From an uncultured Candidatus Saccharibacteria bacterium (GTDB lineage: Bacteria; Patescibacteriota; Minisyncoccia; Portnoybacterales; UBA2143), in contig CAYOHI010000002.1 in NCBI GenBank assembly GCA_964403725.1, positions 21,644 through 85,643 of the forward strand: a stretch of DNA of 64,000 bases, given 5' to 3'. Under the pieces are notes generated by a model, which was given only the letters and a program-made list of their open reading frames with translations, had not been told where the DNA came from and ran no database searches. Below are positions 18,666 to 27,460 of the stretch, piece after piece (the stretch's first letter is position 1; the number at the start of each line of letters is the position of its first letter). The position numbers were made by a program, and so were the translations under genes.

Positions 18666-18743
18666 TGGCGTCCTCGGAGGGACTCGAACCCCCGGCCTCT
18701 GGAACCGCAATCCAGCGCTCTAATCCGGCTGAGCTACGAGGAC
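18666..18743 (-). tRNA. tRNA-Arg (anticodon read as GCG)
   Basis: The reverse complement folds as GTCCTCG / GCTC-AGCCGGATTA-GAGC / CTGGA-TTGCGGT-TCCAG / GGGGG-TTCGAGT-CCCTC / CGAGGAC-G-CCA. The anticodon identity needs tRNAscan confirmation. Confidence 0.7.
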
Positions 18744-19292
18744 TTATAACTTTATGACGATAACCATTTCTCCTGGTGCTGTTCCCCAGCTTAACCCATC
18801 ACCGCGAATAAATCCAGTACTTAGATTCCCGTCATCTGCCATTTCATCTATTCTCAACATCGATTCGGATGGGATAACGCCCTGATTATTAGATGAGCTT
18901 GTTCCAGGCCGATCATCATCAAAAACAATTCCTAATTCATTGCCTGGGATTCCATCCCAATCGGCAACTGATAATCCCGTGTGTCCTGTCCAAGGATGAG
19001 TTGAATCATATATTTGATGATATGGCCCTGCCCAACCGGTTATTCCCAAGGCGTTAAGAAAGGGATCGGTTGATTCAGTGCAATCTAATCTGCAATTTGG
19101 GGGATATTGATTAGTATCATCAAGATAAAGCGCAGTGGCTTTAGTGATTTCTCTAATTTGGGCAACTGCTTTTGATATTCTTGCTTTTTCTCTGGCAGTA
19201 TTAAGGCTTACTAAGACAATAGTCGCTAAAAGACCAATTATAGCGATAACTACTAAGAGTTCTATTAAAGTAAAGCCTTTGTTAATCTTCAT
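18744..19292 (-). CDS. prepilin-type N-terminal cleavage/methylation domain protein (pilin/pseudopilin)
   Basis: MKINKGFTLIELLVVIAIIGLLATIV class III signal with G-1 and F+1/E+5. Confidence 0.65.
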   Translation of the reverse strand: MKINKGFTLIELLVVIAIIGLLATIVLVSLNTAREKARISKAVAQIREITKATALYLDDTNQYPPNCRLDCTESTDPFLNALGITGWAGPYHQIYDSTHPWTGHTGLSVADWDGIPGNELGIVFDDDRPGTSSSNNQGVIPSESMLRIDEMADDGNLSTGFIRGDGLSWGTAPGEMVIVIKL

Positions 19293-19293
19293 T

Positions 19294-19761
19294 TTAAAAC
19301 CTTATCTGCCTGGCCAAATTATCCGTTATGGATTCCTGATGCTTTTTCTCTGGCAAGTATTTAATCAGCATCTGTCTTATTTCAACCGGGTCTTGCTCGC
19401 CTAAAGGAATTCTAATATATGGCATAACTGTCTTTTTGCTTCTCAAGCTCAACTCTCTAATTTCAGGAGGATCATAGAAAAGCCAGAATGATCTTAAATT
19501 TTCGTAAGTATACAGAGTTCTTTCAACTTTTACTCCCTGAGGAGTAATGGCCAGACTTATCTCCCTAGGCCTCTTAGAAGCATACATGGATAAGATGAAG
19601 TAGGTCAAAGCAATCATCAAGGCAAAAAGCAGATTCTTTGTAAAAATAGCTATCAAAAAAAGAATGCCGGTAATCGCTCCGGTAACGATGTACCAGGATC
19701 CACTTTTTTCATAGTATTCAAATTCAGGAGCTGTCCATTCAATTTGATTTTTTTTATCCAT
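19294..19761 (-). CDS. hypothetical membrane protein
   Basis: Start trimmed to MDKKNQ because the ORF-track N-terminus is encoded by tRNA-Ser sequence. Two TM helices. Confidence 0.4.
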   Translation of the reverse strand: MDKKNQIEWTAPEFEYYEKSGSWYIVTGAITGILFLIAIFTKNLLFALMIALTYFILSMYASKRPREISLAITPQGVKVERTLYTYENLRSFWLFYDPPEIRELSLRSKKTVMPYIRIPLGEQDPVEIRQMLIKYLPEKKHQESITDNLARQIRF

Positions 19762-19846
19762 GGCGGAGAGAGAGGGATTCGAACCCTCATGTCCAATAGG
19801 ACGCCAGTTTTCAAGACTGGTGCAATAGCCGTTATGCGATCTCTCC
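19761..19846 (-). tRNA. tRNA-Ser (anticodon TGA)
   Basis: The reverse complement is GGAGAGA...CCAGT-CTTGAAA-ACTGG with a long variable arm (CGTCCTATTGGACA), T arm GAGGG-TTCGAAT-CCCTC and CCA end. Confidence 0.8.
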
Positions 19847-19848
19847 AA

Positions 19849-20112
19849 TTAAGAATATAACTTATTATGTGTTCCAACAGCAACAAAATATATTATTTTA
19901 TTTTTTGCTATTTCTCGGAATACCGCTCGCCAATCTGAGTTGATATTAATACTTCTGTAACTTTTTAACTTTCCGTGAAGTTTGTGATTGTTTAAGGCAG
20001 GACTATAAGGATCTTTTATAAATATCTCTAATTTGTTTTTAAATAATTTTCTAATTTTTACCGGACACTTCCTAAATTCTTTAATGAATTTTTTAGAATA
20101 CTCGATTTGCAT
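19849..20112 (-). CDS. type II toxin, RelE/ParE (YoeB-like) family
   Basis: 87 aa. FIKEFRK...KIRKLFKNKLEIFIKDPYSP...LHGKLKSYRSININSDWRAVF..IIYFVAVGTHNKLY matches RelE-fold toxin patterns. Confidence 0.65.
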   Translation of the reverse strand: MQIEYSKKFIKEFRKCPVKIRKLFKNKLEIFIKDPYSPALNNHKLHGKLKSYRSININSDWRAVFREIAKNKIIYFVAVGTHNKLYS

Positions 20113-20118
20113 AATTCA

Positions 20119-20391
20119 TTACTTATCGAGAAATTTAATTGCTTTTTCACTGTCTTTGAAAGAGTAAAAATCATTACTCTCTCTTTCTTTTTCTGATTCC
20201 CTTATAGATGACAATAAATAATCACTAGGTGAATTTTCGTTTAAAGTAAAAACAATAGTCTTGTCGCGAACAAACTGTCTTAAGAAACCATTGATTGCTC
20301 CGCTCAGGGTTAATCCCATCTGAGCAGCAACTTTTTTAGCTTCCTTTTTAACCTTGGGATCTGTTTTAATGTTTATAATTGTTGAATTCAT
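20119..20391 (-). CDS. type II antitoxin (RelB/DinJ-like)
   Basis: 90 aa, 6 bp upstream of the toxin. INIKTDPKVKKEAKKVAAQMGLTLSGAINGFLRQFV ribbon-helix-helix-like N-terminus. Confidence 0.5.
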   Translation of the reverse strand: MNSTIINIKTDPKVKKEAKKVAAQMGLTLSGAINGFLRQFVRDKTIVFTLNENSPSDYLLSSIRESEKERESNDFYSFKDSEKAIKFLDK

Positions 20392-20410
20392 AATTCTGTT
20401 AATTCTATTA

Positions 20411-20440
20411 ATATATACTTTGTATATACTAAGTATATAT
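20411..20440 (-). promoter_or_regulatory. candidate TA promoter/operator
   Basis: Three tandem palindromic RTATATAY units (atatatac, gtatatac, gtatatat) immediately upstream of the antitoxin gene. Confidence 0.2.
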
Positions 20441-20471
20441 TTAATAATTCATAATGTCAAGGTATATTCTT

Positions 20472-20558
20472 TGGCGGAAGAGGCGGGATTCGAACCCGCG
20501 AGTCCAAAAAGGACGACAGATTAGCAATCTGTTGCAATAGCCACTATGCGACTCTTCC
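20472..20558 (-). tRNA. tRNA-Ser (anticodon GCT)
   Basis: The reverse complement is GGAAGAG...ACAGA-TTGCTAA-TCTGT with a long variable arm, T arm CGCGGG-TTCGAAT-CCCGC and CCA end. Confidence 0.8.
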
Positions 20559-20596
20559 AGTAAGTTTAATTTACCACTTTATTTATTAACAGTCAA

Positions 20597-20926
20597 TCAA
20601 TCTTTGGCAATGACTAATCCTATAATTTTATTCGGATTTAGAGTTTTCAAAGCTTCACTTGCCTCATTTATGGTAGACCCGCTGGTACAGATGTCATCTA
20701 CTATAATAATATTTTTATTCTCTAAATTCTCTTTAAAATTCAAATTAATTTGAAAAGAATCTTTAATATTCTCACTCCTTAAATCTGTATTCTGTATTTT
20801 AGCCTGAGGCAATGAATATTTACTTCTAATCAAAATATTACTTAACACAGGAATATTTAACTTTTTTCCAATTTCTTGAGATAGTAGTTCACTTTGGTGA
20901 AAACCGAGCTTTCCAGTGGAGAATTA
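20597..20926 (-). pseudogene. 5'-truncated duplicate of the comF 3' region (PRTase domain fragment)
   Basis: Translates to ...KLGFHQSELLSQEIGKKLNIPVLSNILIRSKYSLPQAKIQNTDLRSENIKDSF...NIIIVDDICTSGSTINEASEALKTLNPNKIIGLVIAKD. This matches comF (21413..22201) residues ~140-262 at DNA level (~85% by eye). Confidence 0.6.
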
Positions 20927-21063
20927 TTATTTTATTTAAAGGTTGAGTTCAGTCCAAATAAGTTTGACAAGAATATGTTTATATGTTATTCTATCTTCAG
21001 TTCCAACATTAACAAGGGGATTAAATGGTCTAGATATATAGAAATAGAAAAGGAGAAGTAGCA

Positions 21064-21342
21064 ATGAAAAAAGTGATTGATACTCGTGGCTATGGTACCT
21101 CCGAGGGATTTGCAACGCAAATCACTCTGCCTAGTGGCAAATATATGTATACTGGGGTTGGTTCTGTTGCAGAACAAATTGCCAAAGACAAGGGCTTGGA
21201 ATGCAAAACAGTCAGTTATTTCGGGGCGTGTATTTACTGTAATATAAATGATCGCGCTCATCAGGATATGCCGATTCAAATTGACGGTGTTAGCGTAGCT
21301 GACTTCATAGATAAAATTGCTACTGATGAAGAATGCTTCTAA
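21064..21342 (+). CDS. hypothetical 92-aa protein (GC-richer) lodged between comF and its partial duplicate
   Basis: SD GGAGAAG upstream. No recognisable domain. Terminator downstream. Confidence 0.35.
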   Translation: MKKVIDTRGYGTSEGFATQITLPSGKYMYTGVGSVAEQIAKDKGLECKTVSYFGACIYCNINDRAHQDMPIQIDGVSVADFIDKIATDEECF

Positions 21343-21382
21343 TCTACTAAATCCGTATCCCTGCCATTTTTGTTTAAATGTG

Positions 21383-21415
21383 AAAGCCGCATGGTTTGCC
21401 CAGCGGCTTTTTTTA
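21383..21415 (+). terminator. rho-independent terminator
   Basis: Stem AAAGCCGC/GCGGCTTT followed by TTTTTTT. Confidence 0.5.
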
Positions 21416-22201
21416 CTCCCTAGCGATGACTAATTTATAAATATTTTTGGGTTTTAAGGTTTCTAAAGCTCTAACACACTCATCAAGCGTAGATCCACTA
21501 GTGCAAATATCATCTACTAAGATGATATTTTTGTTAACCCACCCCAGTCCTCCCTTATCAGGGAGGGAGTTATTCAAAAGATTATTCCTCTCCTGATAAG
21601 GGGAGGTTAGGAGGGGTTTTCTTAACTCAAAAGAATCTTTAATATTCTCCCTCCTCAAATCTGCATTCTGTATTTTGGCCTGAGGCAGTGAATATTTGGT
21701 TCTGATTAGAATATTGTCAAAAATAGGAATATCCATTTTCTTCCCAATTTCTCGGGCTAATAATTCTGATTGATTAAATCCACGCCATTTTAATCTTTTT
21801 GTATGCAAAGGAATAGGGACAAGAATTAGATTTTCAATATTTTCCCTTTTTAATCTTTCAATCATTAGAAGACTCAAAGGCTTTGCTAAGTCTCTTACAA
21901 AATCATACTTATACCTATGGATTAATTCTTTAACTAATTGGTTTTTGTAATAGCTGGAAATTAACAGATTATCTTTTGTTTCCTTGGTATTTAAAGGGAT
22001 GCTCTTAAAACAAGAGTGACACAAAAATTTACCTTCTTGATTACAGCCAAGGCATTGAATAGGAAAAAGAATATCTAAAATAGTTTTCCACATGTTTAAT
22101 TTCTTTGTTCTTTCATTTATGTTATACTTTTCAATAGATAAAGAAAAGGAAGAAATGAAAGAGATTAGCTGACCAGGAGATCTTATCCCGAAGAAGTACA
22201 A
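21413..22201 (-). CDS. comF: ComF/GntX-family phosphoribosyltransferase-domain protein with an in-frame palindromic insertion
   Basis: N-terminal Zn finger CLGCNQEGKFLCHSC. C-terminal PRTase motif ILVDDICTSGSTL. Carries an extra ~20-aa segment (PLLTSPYQERNNLLNNSLPDKGGLGW) that the duplicate copy lacks. Confidence 0.65.
   Translation of the reverse strand: MYFFGIRSPGQLISFISSFSLSIEKYNINERTKKLNMWKTILDILFPIQCLGCNQEGKFLCHSCFKSIPLNTKETKDNLLISSYYKNQLVKELIHRYKYDFVRDLAKPLSLLMIERLKRENIENLILVPIPLHTKRLKWRGFNQSELLAREIGKKMDIPIFDNILIRTKYSLPQAKIQNADLRRENIKDSFELRKPLLTSPYQERNNLLNNSLPDKGGLGWVNKNIILVDDICTSGSTLDECVRALETLKPKNIYKLVIARE
21548..21616. repeat. GC-rich compound inverted-repeat miniature insertion inside comF (in frame)
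   Basis: Two hairpins, CTCCCT-tatc-AGGGAG and CCTCTCC-tgataa-GGGGAGG. They are mutually inverted (ttatcag vs ctgataa). Absent from the duplicate copy. Confidence 0.45.
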
Positions 22202-22233
22202 GGGTGGATTTAGGTAATTTAAGAGATTAAAAT

Positions 22234-23295
22234 ATGTTTTTATTAAAAAAAAAGCTAAAGAATCGTCTGGGTATTGATATTAGCGCTTCGGCTGTAAAAA
22301 TGGTTGAACTGGGAAAAGAGGATGGCAGACATAAATTAAATAACTATGCAGTCTTTTCTCTGGAAAAATATTTGAAAAGCAAAGGTCAGCAGCCTGATGC
22401 TGAAGATTTTCAAATCCCCAGTGATGAAATGGCCAAGATAATCAAGCAGACTATCAAAGAGGCTAAGATTAAATCCAAGGATGTCTATCTCTCTGTTCCG
22501 GTTTATTCCAGCTTCTATACATTGATTGATTTCCCAGATATGTCCCAGAAGGAAATTGAAGCAGCTATTCCTTTTGAAGCGAGAAAATATGTGCCTATCC
22601 CAATTTCAGAAGTAATCCTAGACTGGAGTGTCGTTGATACGCCTAACAAGAAGGATAGCAAGCAAGTTCTCCTTATTGCCGTACCTAAGAAAGTTATCAA
22701 TAACTATAACCAGATAGTTAAAGCAGCTGGTTTAAATTTAAAAGGAATTGAAGGAGAAACCTTCAGTCTGACCCGTGCTTTGATAGGTAATGATAAAAGT
22801 GGTATTATTCTAGTAGATAACGGAGCCCGTTCAATCAATGTCAGTATCATCGATGGCGGATACATCAGGGTAACCCATAACTTAGAGATGGGTGGCCGGA
22901 AGATCACCAAGGCTATTGCCCAGCAAATGAATCTTGATCTGGAAAAAGCAGAGCATTTCAAAAGAAGATTATCTGATAAAAAATCAATTGAGCCAACAGA
23001 TCCTCAATTAAGAAGCGTTATTCAATCTTCCTTAGGGATGATCGTAGTTGAGATTAAGAAGATAATAGATAACTACCAGAATAAGTATAACAGGAAAATT
23101 GAAAAAAGCGTCCTGGTTGGCAGCGGAGTATATTTATCAGGATTTGATAGTAGCTTAGTCAGTAGATTATCTTTAGACACATCGATAGGCGACCCTTTTG
23201 CTCGGGTAACCTGTCCTGATGTCATCAAGCCAGTCTTAAAGGACTTGGGTCCTCCATTGGCTGTAGCCACGGGATTGGCTATGAGAGAGGAATAA
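22234..23295 (+). CDS. pilM: type IV pilus assembly ATPase-like protein PilM
   Basis: Actin-like fold. GIDISASAVKMVEL N-terminus typical of PilM. 353 aa. Confidence 0.8.
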   Translation: MFLLKKKLKNRLGIDISASAVKMVELGKEDGRHKLNNYAVFSLEKYLKSKGQQPDAEDFQIPSDEMAKIIKQTIKEAKIKSKDVYLSVPVYSSFYTLIDFPDMSQKEIEAAIPFEARKYVPIPISEVILDWSVVDTPNKKDSKQVLLIAVPKKVINNYNQIVKAAGLNLKGIEGETFSLTRALIGNDKSGIILVDNGARSINVSIIDGGYIRVTHNLEMGGRKITKAIAQQMNLDLEKAEHFKRRLSDKKSIEPTDPQLRSVIQSSLGMIVVEIKKIIDNYQNKYNRKIEKSVLVGSGVYLSGFDSSLVSRLSLDTSIGDPFARVTCPDVIKPVLKDLGPPLAVATGLAMREE

Positions 23296-23307
23296 GGATT
23301 TTCAAAT

Positions 23308-23886
23308 ATGGATATAAAGTTAATGCCAGAAAAATATAAGAAGAGAGGGATTGGCGGCGGAGTCAATCTGGGCGGCGATCCGTTAAAGGCTTTTAAAAAA
23401 GCCGGTCTTTGGCTCACCTTGTCGATTATTTTGTCGGTTGGCGCAGCTCTGGTTTGCTTCGGTCTCTGGGGTTACAAAATCAGCTTGAATAACAACAAGG
23501 AGGAATTAACCCAGAAATTAGAAGACTTGCAAGGTGAGAGAGATTTGGAACTGGAAGGCAATTTCATAGAATTAAAAGAGACAATCGAAAATTTTGAAGA
23601 AATATTGAGCCAAAGAGTCTATTTATCCAATGTTTTTGGCATGCTTGAAGATATTACCTTATCTCAGGTTAAGTATGAAAGCTTTACGATCAATCTTTCT
23701 GATTCAACTCTTGATTTGAAAACAGAAGCTACCAGCTATGAGTCTTTAGTCAAACAAGTAATGGCTTTTAGAGAAGATAGCAGGATAAAGGAAATCATTT
23801 TCTCTGAAGCTACTTTGGAAAAGGGAGGCTTTGTTGGGACTACCTTTAATCTTGAATTTGAACCTAGTCTTTTATCTTTAGAATAA
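23308..23886 (+). CDS. pilN: PilN-like bitopic membrane protein
   Basis: One TM helix then coiled coil. Positioned after pilM. Confidence 0.45.
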   Translation: MDIKLMPEKYKKRGIGGGVNLGGDPLKAFKKAGLWLTLSIILSVGAALVCFGLWGYKISLNNNKEELTQKLEDLQGERDLELEGNFIELKETIENFEEILSQRVYLSNVFGMLEDITLSQVKYESFTINLSDSTLDLKTEATSYESLVKQVMAFREDSRIKEIIFSEATLEKGGFVGTTFNLEFEPSLLSLE

Positions 23887-23889
23887 TTT

Positions 23890-24510
23890 ATGAATAAAAA
23901 AGTAATAATCATTTTAGTAAATATCCTAGTAGGCATAGCTCTGCTGTTTGTCTTTGCTGATCCTCTGTGGAATTCGATCAAGGTTTTAAGAGCTGAAATT
24001 GACAAGCAAAATGAAGAGATAAGCAAAGTTGAAGAGCTTTTAGTAAAAGTCCAGGAATTAGAGGCAGAATATCAGGAAACGGGTGGCGAGGCCATAGAGG
24101 GGATTCTTGAAGCTTTGCCTGAGGAAAAGGATCTGCCATACTTAATCAATCAATTTGAAGCTATGGCCGTGAATAACGGCTTATTAATGGAGTCAATAAA
24201 ATTCAGCGAAGACATTAAAAGCGATAAAAAAAGCACTCAGCAGTCTAGTCAAATGGATGAATTTAGCGCGAGTAGTAATAGTGACAGCCAGGAAGTCATT
24301 TCACCTTTCCCATATCTAACCGTTGAAATGACACTGAGTGGATCCTATGAAGGATTCAAAACCTATTTGGAAGATTTAGAAAGCAATATCCGCTTAATGG
24401 ATATCAAGGATGTCGACTTTGCCAGTGAACAAAGCAAAGACAGCGAAGGTGAATCATCAGGTTTGCCTATTTTCAAATTTAACATGGGATTATTGGTCTA
24501 TTATCAATAA
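23890..24510 (+). CDS. pilO: PilO-like bitopic membrane protein
   Basis: One TM helix then coiled coil. Positioned after pilN. Confidence 0.4.
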   Translation: MNKKVIIILVNILVGIALLFVFADPLWNSIKVLRAEIDKQNEEISKVEELLVKVQELEAEYQETGGEAIEGILEALPEEKDLPYLINQFEAMAVNNGLLMESIKFSEDIKSDKKSTQQSSQMDEFSASSNSDSQEVISPFPYLTVEMTLSGSYEGFKTYLEDLESNIRLMDIKDVDFASEQSKDSEGESSGLPIFKFNMGLLVYYQ

Positions 24511-24520
24511 TTAATTAAAA

Positions 24521-24940
24521 ATGAATCTTAAATCAATTTTATCAATTTTTTCAAAGAATTCTCTAGATCAGGATAAGAAGCAGAAGATAATGATAGGCGC
24601 CTTTGTCGGTGTCGTCGTAGCTATTGTCGCGATCCTGTATTTCGGCATGTGGCGTTCGCCGTCAATTCCTGATGATGCGCTTATGGATGAAGGAGTACCT
24701 GGTGGCGAATTGGGCATGATTGAAGATCCAACAATGATTGGAGATGGTTTTGAAAATACTGAAGCTATTGCGATGCCTAGTGGTGGGAGTAATTTTGTTG
24801 GAGATATCATTAACAAAATCAATTTTGATACTAGCTTTTTGAAAACATCTCGTTTCCAGGATTTAAAAGCTTATGGGGAATGGCCTTTGGAAATAGGGGA
24901 AAAAGGTCGGCTAAACCCATTTTTACCACACGGTCAGTGA
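24521..24940 (+). CDS. hypothetical membrane protein in the pilus locus (PilP-position)
   Basis: TM anchor. Assigned by position only. Confidence 0.3.
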   Translation: MNLKSILSIFSKNSLDQDKKQKIMIGAFVGVVVAIVAILYFGMWRSPSIPDDALMDEGVPGGELGMIEDPTMIGDGFENTEAIAMPSGGSNFVGDIINKINFDTSFLKTSRFQDLKAYGEWPLEIGEKGRLNPFLPHGQ

Positions 24941-25006
24941 GCAGCTAACAATGAATAGTAAATAATATTGTTTTTGTTTCCTGTTCATTGCTTGTTGTGA
25001 TGGTTT

Positions 25007-26638
25007 ATGGTGACTGATAAAAAAGACAATTCAAATGAAAAAAAAATATCGGAAGACAAAACACAGACGTCTGAAGCACCCCTTGTTGACTTAGCTCACA
25101 AAGAGATTCCGGTAGAAGTATTAAAAGAGGTTCCCGAAGAGGCAGCGTCTTTTTATAGCTTTGTTCCCATAACCAGAAGCGGTAATGTTTTGGAAGTGGG
25201 TATGGTTGACCCAACTAATCTTAAGGCTAAGGAGGCTTTAAGATTCATTACTCGCAGAAGCGGCCTGGAAACAAAGATATTTACTATCAGCCAAACCGAT
25301 TTTAATAACGTATTGAGACAGTATCGCAGCTTAAGAGGCGAGGTCAACAAGGCCTTAAAAGAATTAGAAGAAGAAATTGAAGCAGAAGAAAGTATTGGTT
25401 CGCCTAAAGGGAAACCTGGAGAAATGGCTGAAAAGATCGTTGCCGAGGCGCCGATTACTAAAATTGTAGCAGTTGTTCTGAGACATGCAACCGAAGGAAA
25501 AGCTTCAGATGTACACATTGAAGCAGCAGAGGATAAGGTAAAGGTTCGTTTCAGAGTTGATGGAGTCCTCTATACTAGCCTGATTTTACCCAAAGAAGTT
25601 CATTCAGCTATTGTTTCCAGAATTAAGATACTTTCTGATTTGAAAATTGATGAAACAAGAGTTCCTCAAGATGGTCGATTCCATACTGTTGTGGCTGGCA
25701 AGAAGATCGATTTCCGTGTTTCTACCCTGCCAACAGCTGGTGGAGAGAAAGTCGTTTTAAGGGTTTTAGACCCATCAGCTGGCCTGAGAGATTTTACCAA
25801 ATTAGGATTAAGCGGCTATAATCTAGAAGTTCTTAAAAAAGAAATCAAGCAGCCTTTCGGCATGGTTTTAATTACCGGTCCGACTGGTTCCGGTAAATCA
25901 ACAACTCTTTACGCTATTTTAAACAGCTTAAACCAAGAGGGAGTCAATATTATCAGCCTGGAAGATCCGGTAGAATATTTCGTTGAAGGAATTAACCAAT
26001 CCCAGATTATGCCAGAGATCGGATATACCTTTGCTTCTGGTCTGCGCCATATCTTAAGGCAAGACCCAGATATTATCATGGTCGGAGAGATTAGAGACCA
26101 AGAAACAGCTGAACTGTCTATTCATGCAGCTTTGACCGGACACATTCTTCTTTCTACCCTGCATACCAACGATGCTATAGGGGTAGTTCCAAGATTGGTT
26201 GATATGAAGATTGGATCATTTCTTCTGCCTTCTTCGTTGAATTTGATGATTGCCCAGCGTCTAGCCAGAAGATTATGCGAGAAGTGCAAAAAAGAAGTAG
26301 CAGCTCCGCCCAAGGTCAATGAAATGATTGAAGAAGAGCTAGCTAAGCTAAATCCAATGCATAAGGAAGCGTTTCCTTGGGAGAGGCCGTTTAAGATATA
26401 TCGTCCAGTTGGCTGTAAATTTTGTGGAAATAAGGGGACAAAAGGTCGAATTGCCCTTTATGAAATATTACAAATGACTCCTCAATTAGAAGAAATCATT
26501 GCTGGAGAGTTAAACGAAGTGAAAATTAAAGAAGAAGCCTATAGGCAAGGAATGATTACGATGAAGCAGGACGGCGTAGCTAAATCGCTTCAAGGAACCA
26601 TTTCTTTTGAAGAGATGATTAGGATGGTTGAGGAATAA
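25007..26638 (+). CDS. pilB: type IV pilus assembly ATPase PilB (GspE family)
   Basis: GPTGSGKSTT Walker A, Asp box, His box, C-terminal tetracysteine (CEKCKK...CKFCG). Confidence 0.9.
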   Translation: MVTDKKDNSNEKKISEDKTQTSEAPLVDLAHKEIPVEVLKEVPEEAASFYSFVPITRSGNVLEVGMVDPTNLKAKEALRFITRRSGLETKIFTISQTDFNNVLRQYRSLRGEVNKALKELEEEIEAEESIGSPKGKPGEMAEKIVAEAPITKIVAVVLRHATEGKASDVHIEAAEDKVKVRFRVDGVLYTSLILPKEVHSAIVSRIKILSDLKIDETRVPQDGRFHTVVAGKKIDFRVSTLPTAGGEKVVLRVLDPSAGLRDFTKLGLSGYNLEVLKKEIKQPFGMVLITGPTGSGKSTTLYAILNSLNQEGVNIISLEDPVEYFVEGINQSQIMPEIGYTFASGLRHILRQDPDIIMVGEIRDQETAELSIHAALTGHILLSTLHTNDAIGVVPRLVDMKIGSFLLPSSLNLMIAQRLARRLCEKCKKEVAAPPKVNEMIEEELAKLNPMHKEAFPWERPFKIYRPVGCKFCGNKGTKGRIALYEILQMTPQLEEIIAGELNEVKIKEEAYRQGMITMKQDGVAKSLQGTISFEEMIRMVEE

Positions 26639-27077
26639 AATTAAATATATGAAAAACAAAGGATTTACTTTAATAGAGCTTTTAATAGTTATTGCCATAA
26701 TTGGAATTTTGGCAACAACGGCTTTTTACAGCCTGAGTTCTATTAAATCTAAAAGCAGGGATGCCCGTCGGGTAGCAGATATTAGGGCAGTCCAGCAAGG
26801 ATTATCAATGTATTACAATGATAATTCTCTTTATCCTGATTCAGGAGGGAGTGCCATTGAGATTGATGGAAGCGGTGACGCCATGTCACAGGCTTTGATT
26901 GATGAAGAGTTAATGAACAGTATTCCACTTGATCCGTTTAATAAGGATGTGGATGGAACAGTGTATAAATACTATTATGAATCACTTGATGATGAAAGTG
27001 ACTATGAGTTAACTTTTTATCTAGAGACAGATTCAATTCAAAATAGGTCACAAGGAGAAAATATAGTTAGTCCATAA
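26628..27077 (+). CDS. type IV pilin
   Basis: MKNKGFTLIELLIVIAIIGILA prepilin signal. Confidence 0.7.
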   Translation: MRNKIKYMKNKGFTLIELLIVIAIIGILATTAFYSLSSIKSKSRDARRVADIRAVQQGLSMYYNDNSLYPDSGGSAIEIDGSGDAMSQALIDEELMNSIPLDPFNKDVDGTVYKYYYESLDDESDYELTFYLETDSIQNRSQGENIVSP

Positions 27078-27086
27078 TATAAAAAT

Positions 27087-27458
27087 ATGAAAAAAGTATT
27101 AATCATAGAAGATGATCCGTTTTTAAGTGAAATGTATGCTGCTAAGTTTGCTGAAAGCGGCTTTGAAGCAGAAGTAGCTTCAGATGGCGGTCAAGGTCTG
27201 ACCAAGGTTGCTGAGTTCAAGCCAGATCTTGTTCTTTTAGATATTGTTTTGCCAAAGATGGATGGTTTTGAAATCTTGAAAAAGATTAAGGAAAACGATG
27301 AATTAAAAGGAATTCCTGTCATCCTTCTGACTAATTTGGGCCAGAAGAATGAAGTGGAAAAGGGATTATCTTTGGGAGCTGAGGAATATATTATTAAAGC
27401 TCACTTTACGCCAACGGCTGTAGTAGCCAAGGTGAAAGATGTGTTGAATAAACTATAA
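27087..27458 (+). CDS. single-domain response regulator receiver (CheY/PilH-like)
   Basis: DD acid pocket, phospho-acceptor Asp in LVLLDIVLPKMDG, conserved Thr and Lys positions. Confidence 0.75.
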   Translation: MKKVLIIEDDPFLSEMYAAKFAESGFEAEVASDGGQGLTKVAEFKPDLVLLDIVLPKMDGFEILKKIKENDELKGIPVILLTNLGQKNEVEKGLSLGAEEYIIKAHFTPTAVVAKVKDVLNKL

Positions 27459-27460
27459 TT

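Noticed and set aside
16581-18710. ORF-track N-terminal extensions of recG (to 18710) and of 19294..19848.
   Set aside because: The extensions are encoded by tRNA-Arg and tRNA-Ser gene sequence. Internal ATGs directly after the tRNAs give the conserved protein N-termini.
20597-20848. ORF-track 83-aa ORF as an independent small PRTase gene.
   Set aside because: Its frame extends upstream without a start and matches only the C-terminal third of comF. The upstream Zn-finger and N-domain are missing, so I treat it as a duplicated gene fragment or pseudogene.
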